NCBI GenBank assembly: GCA_963716395.1
Contig: OY970309.1
Coordinates: 2,336,001-2,400,000, forward strand
Source of the DNA: an uncultured Fibrobacteria bacterium
Lineage (GTDB): Bacteria > Fibrobacterota > Fibrobacteria > UBA11236
Direction: 5' to 3'
Length of the DNA: 64,000 bases
The position numbers and the translations under genes are program-made. Of this stretch, positions 8,542 through 20,586 are shown piece after piece (positions within the stretch are counted from its first letter, which is position 1; every line of letters begins with the position of its first letter). The notes under the pieces were generated by a model. That model searched no databases. It was not told the DNA's origin and worked only from the letters and a program-made list of their open reading frames with translations.

Positions 8542-9689
8542 ACTCCGCGACCTTGGCCACCAAGTTGCGCGCCTGGCTGCCGCGCCTGGCTTCTTTGCGC
8601 ATCACCGTGGTATGCCTGCTGCTGCTCTTCATCTTGACGGCTTGGGGCACGATTTACCAGGCCGGAAACGGTTTGTATGCGGCGCAGACCCGTTTTTTCC
8701 ATTCCTGGTTTTTCCTCATCGGCGGCATCATCCCCTTTCCCGGAGCGCAACTCGTCATCTGGGTGCTGTTCATCAATTTGCTGGCTTCGCTGATCTTCCG
8801 CGTGAAATATTCCTGGGGAAATCTCGGCAACATCATCACCCATGCCGGCATCCTTTTTCTGATCGCCGGGTCTTTCGTGACCTATAAATACGCCGTGGAA
8901 TCCTACCTCCCGCTTTCCGAAGGGGAACTTTCCAACGTTTCCCTGGATCGTCGCAATTGGGAATTGGCCGTTTGGCATGAATCCGGCGATGCGATGGCGA
9001 AGAAAGTTTCGACCCTGGAAATGAGTCCGGACCAGATGGGGCGCGAAATCGATTTTTCCAGCCTCGGCTTCAAAGCGGTGGTGGAGAACTACTATCGGAA
9101 TTGCGTCCCCGAAACCGACCCGGCCAATTCGAGCGCCGTCCGGTTAATGCCGCGCCGGCCGGCCAAAGAACCGGAAGACAATGTCGCCGGCATGGTTCTC
9201 AAGGTCGAGCCGCGCGATGGGCCGGCCCGCGAATTCGTTCTTTACGGCGACCAAACCGAACCCGTCACGGTCGGCGGTGACCTGGAGGTTTCCCTCCGGC
9301 ATCAACGCCATCCCCTGCCCATGACCCTCAAACTCCTGACCGTCAGGCGGGAAGACTATGCCGGCACGAACATCGCCCGCAGTTTTCGCAGCACGGTGGA
9401 AGTCAAAAGCCGGGGGGTGAATTTCACCACGCGCATTTATATGAACCATCCCCTGCATTACCAAGGCTTCGTCTTCTACCAGGCCTCGTATTCCCGGGAC
9501 GCGGAGGGCGAGGGAGCTTCGGTGTTCCAGGTGGTCAAAAACACGGGCCGCCCGCTGCCGTATATATCCGGCGGGCTGATTTTTTCCGGCATGCTGATCC
9601 ATTTCCTGTGCATGCTTTTCGGATTCGGCCGCCGCGGCGAACCCGGGGGGCGGCCGAAAACAGCCATGGCGCGCGGGAGGGTGGCATGA
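8538..9689 (+). CDS. Cytochrome c biogenesis protein, ResB/CcsB-like (system II)
   Basis: LASLRITVVCL N-terminal TMs, ITHAGILFL, large periplasmic domain with IYMNHPLHYQGFVFYQASY, C-terminal TM. Confidence 0.85.
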   Translation: MNSATLATKLRAWLPRLASLRITVVCLLLLFILTAWGTIYQAGNGLYAAQTRFFHSWFFLIGGIIPFPGAQLVIWVLFINLLASLIFRVKYSWGNLGNIITHAGILFLIAGSFVTYKYAVESYLPLSEGELSNVSLDRRNWELAVWHESGDAMAKKVSTLEMSPDQMGREIDFSSLGFKAVVENYYRNCVPETDPANSSAVRLMPRRPAKEPEDNVAGMVLKVEPRDGPAREFVLYGDQTEPVTVGGDLEVSLRHQRHPLPMTLKLLTVRREDYAGTNIARSFRSTVEVKSRGVNFTTRIYMNHPLHYQGFVFYQASYSRDAEGEGASVFQVVKNTGRPLPYISGGLIFSGMLIHFLCMLFGFGRRGEPGGRPKTAMARGRVA

Positions 9690-11560
9690 AGACGCAAATT
9701 TTCTGGACCGCACTGGCGGTCGGCATCGGATTGGGTTTTTCCCAAGAAGTTTCCTTGCAGGCCTTCAAGGCCATTCCGATCATGGACGCCGGCCGGGTGA
9801 AACCCCTGGATACCTACGCGCGCATCACTTTGCTGCAACTCAGTTCCCGCAGCAGTTACCGGAACCGGCCCGCCATCGATTGGCTGGCCCGGGTCATGTT
9901 CACTCCCAACGCGGCTTCCAACGACGCGGTGTTCCGGATCAACAATATCGACGTGGTCTACACCTTGGGGTTGGAGCCCACCCGGAACAATCGCTACACC
10001 TTTGCGCAATTGGCGCCGGCCATCAGCAAACTTTCGCAGCAGGCCGAAGCCGCCATGAAGATCGAGGAGAAGCAACGCACACCGGTGGAATCGGAGCTCA
10101 TCCGCGTCGCGAACAATCTGAGCCTATACGTCGGTCTCATGAACAGCTTTCTGTTTACCGAACCGAACCCCGACTTTCAGGTTTCCGATCCCGCCGTGGC
10201 GGCGCACCTCGGGCTCCCGCCTCAAGATGGGCCTTACAGCTTCATGGAAATACGCGCCCATATGGGCCAATTGGCCCCGCTGGTGCAGCCGCTCATGGGC
10301 GGAGGGCAGGGGAAAGATCCTTCCACGTGGAGCCCCGAGCAAAAGGCCGCTTTTCAACTCTTTCAGAACTTCACCAATTGGAGCGAACAATATCGGGACT
10401 TCCCCATTCCCATCATTCCTCCGGCGGGAAACCGGGCGGAAATGTGGATGAGCCCATGGGGTTTGGTGGCCCGGCCAAACCTCGATCCCGGAACCATGGC
10501 AGCAGTCACAGCCCTGCAAGCAATGGATTCGGCCTTTGTCGCGGGTCAGCCGGCGAAATTCGATCGCGCGGTGAATGCGCTCGTCGGTTTCATCGAGGCC
10601 CGCGGGGGTGTGGCGATCAAACCGTGGCGCCTGCACCTGGAAATTTTTTACAACGCTCTCGATCCTTTTTACCGCGCCAAAATCCTCTACGGCCTCGCCA
10701 TTCTGGGAAGTTTACTGGCGATGATGGTGTGGAGAAAATGGCTGTCCGTTCCCAGCCTGGCGCTGCTCGTTTGCGGCGCCTTGCTCGAAGCCGTCGGCAT
10801 CGGCCTGCGGGTGGTCATCAGCGGCCGCGCCCCGGTTTCCAATCTCTTTGAAACCTTCCTCTTCGTGTCCTTTATCGGCGCGCTTTTGGGAATCGCGCTG
10901 GAACTTTTTCATCGCAAAGGCTTCGGCACCTTGGTGGGATCCATCACCGGCTTCCTGGTGCTGCTGATTTCCAGCCGCTACAACACCGACGGCGACACCA
11001 TCGGCGTCCTGGTGGCGGTGTTGAACTCGAATTTTTGGCTGAGCACCCATGTCATCACCATCAGTCTGGGTTATGCGGGTTGCTGCATCGCCGGGGTGAT
11101 CGGGCATCTTTATCTGATGCAAACCGCCGTGAACCCCGCGGCCAAGGAAAAATTGGACGGGTTAAGCCGCATGACCTATGCCATGCTCGCTTTCGGCCTG
11201 CTCTTCGCCTTCATCGGCACCATTTTGGGCGGCATCTGGGCCGACCAAAGCTGGGGCCGATTCTGGGGGTGGGATCCGAAGGAAAACGGGGCGTTGTTGA
11301 TTGTGCTCTGGGGCACGATTTTGTTTCATGCCAAGTTGGGCAAAATGATCGGCCCGCTGGGAATGGCCGTGGGTTCGGTGTTGGGAATCGTGGTGGTGAT
11401 GATGGCCTGGTTCGGCATCAACTTGCTCGGGGTCGGGTTGCACTCCTACGGATTCACCTCGGGAGTGGCCAATTCCCTGGCCGTGTATGTCAGCCTCGAA
11501 GCGCTCTTTCTGGTGGTCGTGCTGTACTTCGTCAAGCGCGCGCAACTGCGTGCGGCTTGA
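9686..11560 (+). CDS. ccsA: Cytochrome c biogenesis protein CcsA/ResC (heme lyase, system II)
   Basis: GRVKPLDT, GRAPVSNLFE, WLSTHV, WWD domain WADQSWGRFWGWDPKEN, GLHSYG; ATGA-coupled to the ResB-like gene. Confidence 0.93.
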   Translation: MKTQIFWTALAVGIGLGFSQEVSLQAFKAIPIMDAGRVKPLDTYARITLLQLSSRSSYRNRPAIDWLARVMFTPNAASNDAVFRINNIDVVYTLGLEPTRNNRYTFAQLAPAISKLSQQAEAAMKIEEKQRTPVESELIRVANNLSLYVGLMNSFLFTEPNPDFQVSDPAVAAHLGLPPQDGPYSFMEIRAHMGQLAPLVQPLMGGGQGKDPSTWSPEQKAAFQLFQNFTNWSEQYRDFPIPIIPPAGNRAEMWMSPWGLVARPNLDPGTMAAVTALQAMDSAFVAGQPAKFDRAVNALVGFIEARGGVAIKPWRLHLEIFYNALDPFYRAKILYGLAILGSLLAMMVWRKWLSVPSLALLVCGALLEAVGIGLRVVISGRAPVSNLFETFLFVSFIGALLGIALELFHRKGFGTLVGSITGFLVLLISSRYNTDGDTIGVLVAVLNSNFWLSTHVITISLGYAGCCIAGVIGHLYLMQTAVNPAAKEKLDGLSRMTYAMLAFGLLFAFIGTILGGIWADQSWGRFWGWDPKENGALLIVLWGTILFHAKLGKMIGPLGMAVGSVLGIVVVMMAWFGINLLGVGLHSYGFTSGVANSLAVYVSLEALFLVVVLYFVKRAQLRAA

Positions 11561-11666
11561 CTTTTCCCATCCTGCCGCTTTGTCAAAAGAAAAACGAGCT
11601 TCGCGTTACCTTCCGGCCTAAGTTAGGGAAAGCGGGTCACATCCCAGGTACCGGCAGGAGGGAATT

Positions 11667-12212
11667 ATGACGGATACGGAATGCGCGGACCGGGAGAGGG
11701 AACAATCCGTTTTTCGTTCCGCGGGCCCTGATGGCAACGCGGCCGGTCGCGGCCGGCCTCCGATACAAGGCTCGGTGCTCGCGCTGTGGCTGGCGCAGGC
11801 GCCGCCCCAAAGCAAAGGGTTCCAGGAAAAGGTGCGTCTGGTTCCGAACCACGAGAAAAATGCCGACCATGCTCTGGTCTGGAGCAGTCCCGTGAATATC
11901 GTGTCCTGGGGGCAGCTTGCCCAGGTCCTGGACAAAGACCCGCTGTTCGAATTCAAGCATTGCGAATTGAACATTTGCGTCACATCGGCGGATTTGTCTT
12001 CGCAGCGGACCGGCGACGTCATTTGGATCGGGGAGGCCCGGTTGGAAGTGTTGCGGAACGGCGGGTCTTGCCCCAAACGCTGCCATTTGCAAGCGGGCGA
12101 TCCGTCGCCTTGCGCGCTCACGACCAGTTGGATTTCCGCCCGCGTCCTGCAAGCCGGCCAAGTGTGCATCGACGATACTTTGTTGGCCCTGGCGCAGTAC
12201 CAAGGCGCCTGA
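11667..12212 (+). CDS. MOSC-domain protein (divergent)
   Basis: AGGAGG RBS; C-terminal IGEARLEV...CPKRC...C..ISARVLQAGQV resembles the MOSC beta-barrel. Confidence 0.6.
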   Translation: MTDTECADREREQSVFRSAGPDGNAAGRGRPPIQGSVLALWLAQAPPQSKGFQEKVRLVPNHEKNADHALVWSSPVNIVSWGQLAQVLDKDPLFEFKHCELNICVTSADLSSQRTGDVIWIGEARLEVLRNGGSCPKRCHLQAGDPSPCALTTSWISARVLQAGQVCIDDTLLALAQYQGA

Positions 12213-12340
12213 GAACCGGTCGGCGGCGGCAACCCCGGTATGCAAAAAACTCTGCCGCCCTGGCAAAATCCCGGTTTGGCGAATTCAAAAGCCGAATCCG
12301 CATTACCTTAAGAGCATCAGGCGGAAGGGAGTGGCCGAAC

Positions 12341-12532
12341 ATGGAAAAGCGAATTCCTGAAATCGAATGTCCCCGGCGCGGCAAGCGAATCTCCTTATTG
12401 GAATGCCACGATTGCGATAAGCGCATTCACGTTCTGCACCGGGATGAAGTCCCCGCCGAATTGCAATGTTCCCTGTGGTTGGAACTGTTGGATGCCGGAG
12501 ATTTTTTCGAAGACGTCTGCCGGAAAGATTAG
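12341..12532 (+). CDS. Small (63 aa) Cys-rich hypothetical protein
   Basis: AAGGGGAG RBS; MEKRIPEIECPRRGKRISLLECHDCDKRIHVLHRDEVPAELQCSLW... with 5 Cys. Confidence 0.5.
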   Translation: MEKRIPEIECPRRGKRISLLECHDCDKRIHVLHRDEVPAELQCSLWLELLDAGDFFEDVCRKD

Positions 12533-12548
12533 CCGCCCTTCGGCGGTT

Positions 12549-12646
12549 CGGCCGGTTCGACAGGCTCACCGACCGAAGTGTGGGTCGGTTCGACAAGCTC
12601 ACCGACCGAGGGGGTTCGGCTGGTGAGCCTGTTAAACCAGTCGAAC
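12549..12646. repeat. REP-like palindromic repeat cluster
   Basis: Two direct copies of CGGTTCGACARGCTCACCGACCGA (12553-12576, 12586-12609) and a degenerate inverted copy GGTGAGCCTGTTAAACC (12622-12638), between convergent genes. Confidence 0.75.
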
Positions 12647-12709
12647 AATCAAACTCTTCGCACTGTGTAGGTCTTATCGCGATAAGATGATTTAGATTCG
12701 GCTCCCGCC

Positions 12710-16315
<3,606 letters not shown>

Positions 16316-16454
16316 CTTCAACCTTTCCGCCAACCCGTACCTTGGCGTATTTCAAGTCTTTTCATTAATAAGTATAAGGCGAACTTTATACGGTATTGAT
16401 CGTCTCCGGCCGACTTTTCCCTGACATTTTGGCGCGGCATCGGCAGCGGGTTTT

Positions 16455-17422
16455 TCATGCGAAACTCGGACAAATTTTTTCGAAGCGGGAACCTTGCCGG
16501 CTTCCCCGGCTCCGAAATTCCGCCTGCATCATTTCCAGGATTTTGGATTTTTCCCGGCACCAGGAGGGGGCGATGAGCAAGTCTCCGCGGGCATCTCCGG
16601 TGAACCGTTGCACCCCCACCGCGGACGGCACGCGTTCGAGAAAATCCACCAAGGACTCGACACATATTCGTCGATTTCCAAAGGCCGGTATTCGCCGCGG
16701 GCGTATTGCGCGGCCAAGGCGGTTCCCCGTACCACGTGCAGCGGATGGATTTTAATCGCGTGGTAGGTCCATTCACCCAAAACCGAGGCGGTGTGGCGAT
16801 AATGCTCCGGTGATTCACCCGGCAGGCCCAGAATGATATGCACGCAGAGGTCGAAGCCGCGCTGCCGGCACAGGTGCATGGCGCGGGCGAAGTCGTCGAA
16901 GGTGTGGGCCCGGTTGATGCGGCGCAGGGTGGCGTCGAAAGCCGATTGCAAACCCAATTCCAAGGTGAGAAAGGTTTTCGTTCCCAACTCTTCCAATAAG
17001 TCCGCGACTTCGGGGCCGACACAATCAGGGCGCGTGCCGATGGAAAGGCCCACCACGTCGGGATGTTCCAGGGCCTGCCGATAAAGCTCGCGCAGGCGGC
17101 GCACGGGCGCATAGGTTCCGGAAAAGGTTTGGAAATAGGCGATGAACTTTTCGGCCCCGAAGCGGGAGCGCGCATAGGCCATGCCCTGCTCCAATTGCAC
17201 GGGAAGGGAAACCCCGCGCTTTCCGGCGGAAGGGGAAAAACCGCGGTTGTCGCAATAGGTGCAACCACCACGCGACTTGGTGCCGTCGAGGTTGGGGCAG
17301 GTGAAGCCGCCGTTGAGCGTGACCTTGCGCACCTTCACGCCGGCGAATCCCCGCGCCGCCAGGAGTTGCGCGTAGGGTGTGTAAGGCGGGTCGACGGAGG
17401 CGGGTTTCGCGGCCGCGGCCAT
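16455..17422 (-). pseudogene. TIGR01212/YhcC-family radical SAM protein, frameshifted near 16660
   Basis: CPNLDGTKSRGGCTYC, YFQTFSGTY, GLSIGTRPDC, ELGLQS. The conserved C-terminus (QRFTGDA..LLIAPSW...RGSRQG) continues in another frame (16455-16652). Confidence 0.8.
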
Positions 17423-17423
17423 T

Positions 17424-18632
17424 TCATTTTCTCTCCGGCAAAACCAGCAGCAGGGGCGCGTAAATCCAAGCCCACCAGGCGACGGCGCCCAGGGCGAAGC
17501 CCGCGGCCACCGCCAGGTGCAGCCAATGACCGCGCGTCCAGATATCGGTGGCCACCCGCGAGGACATGGCCAGCAAAAGCAGCCAGCCGTAGCCGAAGGT
17601 TTGCTTACGATGGTTTTGCAGGATTTCCAGGCGGCCGCCGTGGGCTGCGGTCACGCGCGCGGCGATGGACAGGATCAGCCACAGAAATCCCGTGATGAAA
17701 ATCACATGCTCCCAGGCGACGGGGTAGGCGGGAAGAAACACCGGCATGGCCAGGCCCAATCCCATGGCCAGCAGGGAGTACCGCGCCCCGGCCAGGTAAG
17801 CCGGCAGGCGGCGGGACAGGCGGTGCAGGTGGTGTAAGTGCAGGGGACGCAGCAGGAACCAAAACCAAATGCCCGCCCGCAAGCCGGCGGCCACGCGGAG
17901 GGCCAGCGGCGTCGCGACCCAACCGTCGAGCGCATAACTCAGGGCAAAGAGAAATCCCCAGGGAAGAAGAGTACGGAAGGACGTATTGGGGGAGGAGCGC
18001 AGGTCTTCAGGCTGGACCAACGCGTTGCCGAACAGCTTGGGCAGAAGAAAATTTCCGATGCCCAGAATCAAGAGCAGGGGAAAGGCCTGGAACTGAAGTA
18101 GCGATCCCGTCCGGGCGAGTGCGAATCCGCCGAGGCCGCCGGCGAGGAGTCGAAGCAAAGTCCCGATCATATCGGCGGACACGGCCAGGGCGATAAACGC
18201 GAAGGCCGCAGGAGGATTTCCGCGCCGATGTTTCCAGCGGGTCGCGATGAAGAGGACGAAATTCACAAGCAAGAGGAGATGAAAAATTTGGCCCCAAGCC
18301 GTGGCGCCGATCACGGTCGCGAGGGGAGTCGCGATCAAGAGAATCGGGAACAGCGCGAATTGCCCTGGACCCAAAGGGGCGACGCCCAGCACCTTGGGAA
18401 GCATGGTGCACAGGAATCCGAAAATGAAGCAAAGCACAAATCCCTGAATTTGCAGGGCGGCATGCGCCGGGCCGGGATAGGGGAAAGTTTGCGGCCGGAA
18501 ATAAAAGGGAATCCAGATGCCCAATCCGATCGCGATAAAACCCATCCCCAACGGGAAAAGCAATCGATACGGCTCTTGCCGCAAATCGGCCCACGTGATT
18601 CCAGTGGTCGCGGTGGCGGCTTCCGGCGTCAT
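17424..18632 (-). CDS. nnrS: NnrS-family membrane protein (NO stress)
   Basis: EPYRLLFPLG, HAALQIQGF..GFLCTMLP, WEHVIFITGF, RVTAAHGG; many TM segments. Confidence 0.75.
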   Translation of the reverse strand: MTPEAATATTGITWADLRQEPYRLLFPLGMGFIAIGLGIWIPFYFRPQTFPYPGPAHAALQIQGFVLCFIFGFLCTMLPKVLGVAPLGPGQFALFPILLIATPLATVIGATAWGQIFHLLLLVNFVLFIATRWKHRRGNPPAAFAFIALAVSADMIGTLLRLLAGGLGGFALARTGSLLQFQAFPLLLILGIGNFLLPKLFGNALVQPEDLRSSPNTSFRTLLPWGFLFALSYALDGWVATPLALRVAAGLRAGIWFWFLLRPLHLHHLHRLSRRLPAYLAGARYSLLAMGLGLAMPVFLPAYPVAWEHVIFITGFLWLILSIAARVTAAHGGRLEILQNHRKQTFGYGWLLLLAMSSRVATDIWTRGHWLHLAVAAGFALGAVAWWAWIYAPLLLVLPERK

Positions 18633-18643
18633 GCTTCGGTTCG

Positions 18644-20038
18644 TCAGATCACCCGCGAGTATTGGGGCAGATCGCCGCTGCCGATCATGGGATCAAACGC
18701 CGCGGCCACCATGCGGGACAACAAAAATCCGCTTTCGGTGATGCGGACCACGTCGTCTTCGCGCGCGGCGATTCCGTCGGCGAGAAACGGCGCGAGCTTG
18801 GCGTAACTGGCGGCCAGGTATTCGCGCTTCCATTCCGCCTCCAATCCCGGCACTTCCAAGGCGTCTTCCACTTCGGTTTCGCCGCGGCAGAGCAGGTCGT
18901 TGATGATGGCGCGCACGGCCACATCCTGGGTCCGCATGCGGTAGGCCCGGGCGAAGGAGGGTTTTCCGCTTTCGACCCGGGCGCGGTAGCGGTCCAAATC
19001 TTTTTCGTTCTGAAGGTACCCTTGGTGTAACTGGGAGATTCCGGATGCTCCGAAGGCGTGCACCTGGCCGGCGCGTTCGGCCACGCAATAGCCTTGGAAG
19101 TTGCGGTGCAACCGGCCCTCGGCCTTGGCCCGCCCCAGTTCGTCGTCGGGCTTGGCGAAGTGATCCATGCCCACGGCCACGTAGCCCGCGCGCAAGAAGG
19201 CTGCGCGCGAGGCGAGGGCCATGTCGAGGCGGGCGGCCGCATCGGGCAGGGGGAATTTTTCCAGCGCGCTTTGATGGCCTTTGACCCAGGGCACATGCGC
19301 ATACGGAAAGAGTGAGACCCGATCCGGGTCGGCATCGATGATGGCGGCCACGGTGTCGGCGAAGGAGTCGCGCGTTTGATAGGGCAGGCCGTAGATCAAA
19401 TCGAGGTTGATGCCGAAGAACCCGAGATCGCGGGCGGTTTGCACCAGCTCGGGATGCGGCAGGCGCGTAGGCCGGCGATGCACGGCCTGCAAAACCTGGG
19501 GATGGACGTCTTGGATGCCGAAGGAGACGCGGTTGAATCCCATGTTGCGGAGGTCTTCCAATTTGGATTTCACGATCAGGCTGGGATCGCATTCAATCGC
19601 GACTTCGGTGGCGTCGGAGATGGGGAAGGCCGAGGTAATCGTGCGCAGCACGGCCGCCAACGAAGCGTAAGCAACCGCGTTCGGGGTTCCGCCGCCGAAA
19701 TGGATTTGCGAGACGGGACGGGATGGGTCGAGATAGGGAAGCAATAACGCGAATTCTTGCGGCAGCAAATCCATGTAGGCGCGGATGAAATCGCCTTTGC
19801 GGCCTATCTCGGTGTAGCAACCGCAAAACGTGCAGCGCTGCGGACAAAAGGGAATATGGAAGTAAAAGGAAAGGTTTTTGGGCCCGATGCGGTTCGAAGT
19901 CTTCAGCAATTCCGGGTAATCGATTCCATCGGGATCTTGCACGATGAAGTTCGCGGGGGGATAGGAAGTGTAGCGCGGCGCGAACCCGTCATATTTCGAC
20001 AACAATTCCAGCGGAGATTTTTCTATTACGGCCGTCAT
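18644..20038 (-). CDS. hemN: Oxygen-independent coproporphyrinogen III oxidase
   Basis: PRYTSYP, YFHIPFCPQRCTFCGC, HFGGGTP, GMDHFAKPDDEL, RNFQGY. Confidence 0.95.
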   Translation of the reverse strand: MTAVIEKSPLELLSKYDGFAPRYTSYPPANFIVQDPDGIDYPELLKTSNRIGPKNLSFYFHIPFCPQRCTFCGCYTEIGRKGDFIRAYMDLLPQEFALLLPYLDPSRPVSQIHFGGGTPNAVAYASLAAVLRTITSAFPISDATEVAIECDPSLIVKSKLEDLRNMGFNRVSFGIQDVHPQVLQAVHRRPTRLPHPELVQTARDLGFFGINLDLIYGLPYQTRDSFADTVAAIIDADPDRVSLFPYAHVPWVKGHQSALEKFPLPDAAARLDMALASRAAFLRAGYVAVGMDHFAKPDDELGRAKAEGRLHRNFQGYCVAERAGQVHAFGASGISQLHQGYLQNEKDLDRYRARVESGKPSFARAYRMRTQDVAVRAIINDLLCRGETEVEDALEVPGLEAEWKREYLAASYAKLAPFLADGIAAREDDVVRITESGFLLSRMVAAAFDPMIGSGDLPQYSRVI

Positions 20039-20245
20039 ATCTTCCCACTCAGCTTTCTTCTTCTCATTAAAAGGAGCAAAGCCCAAGCCAAGCTGGTATC
20101 GCGTTTCCCGCGAATTCGATCAAACTTCGCAGCCTCGCTTCCGGGCTTTTTGTCAAAGCGGCATGCAGAATGACAAAGGTGTTCGCGTGCCATGCGGCCG
20201 GATCCGAGTGAGAAACCTGATCCTTCCTTGGAAGGTGGATTCGCG

Positions 20246-20569
20246 TCAATGGGCGGTTTTCAAGAATGCCAGGATCGACTGGTAATCCTGCGCCGCCAGA
20301 TTCGCTCGTAAGCGCATGTGCATAGCCACTACCGACCACTGCGCGTCGCTGTATTTGCTGGGGGATTGCAGGTTGTGGCAGCGGGCGCAATTCTCCGCCC
20401 AAAGTTTGGGGCCGTTTTCCTGGAGATCCGCCGTCGCCGTCGCCGGTGCCGTAGCCGGTGCCGTAGCGGGAGCCGGCGGGGTGGCCGCGCATCCCGTGGC
20501 CAGCCATGCCGCCGCACCCAGGGCGACAATCGCGATGCCTCTTATCAATCCATTGGTTCTGTTCTGCAT
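20246..20569 (-). CDS. Small monoheme cytochrome c lipoprotein
   Basis: AAGGAG RBS; lipobox ATGC; Ala/Pro/Thr linker; GPKLWAENCARCH...WSVVAMHMRLRANL. Confidence 0.85.
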   Translation of the reverse strand: MQNRTNGLIRGIAIVALGAAAWLATGCAATPPAPATAPATAPATATADLQENGPKLWAENCARCHNLQSPSKYSDAQWSVVAMHMRLRANLAAQDYQSILAFLKTAH

Positions 20570-20586
20570 GATGGTAACTCCTTTAA

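Noticed and set aside
12553-12609. Mini CRISPR array
   Set aside because: Only two 24-bp repeats with a 9-bp spacer, an inverted copy nearby and no cas genes; it fits a REP-like element.
20040-20245. FNR/Crp box upstream of hemN
   Set aside because: No TTGAT-N4-ATCAA match was seen; the region carries the YGNCR-N3-YGNCR motif instead.
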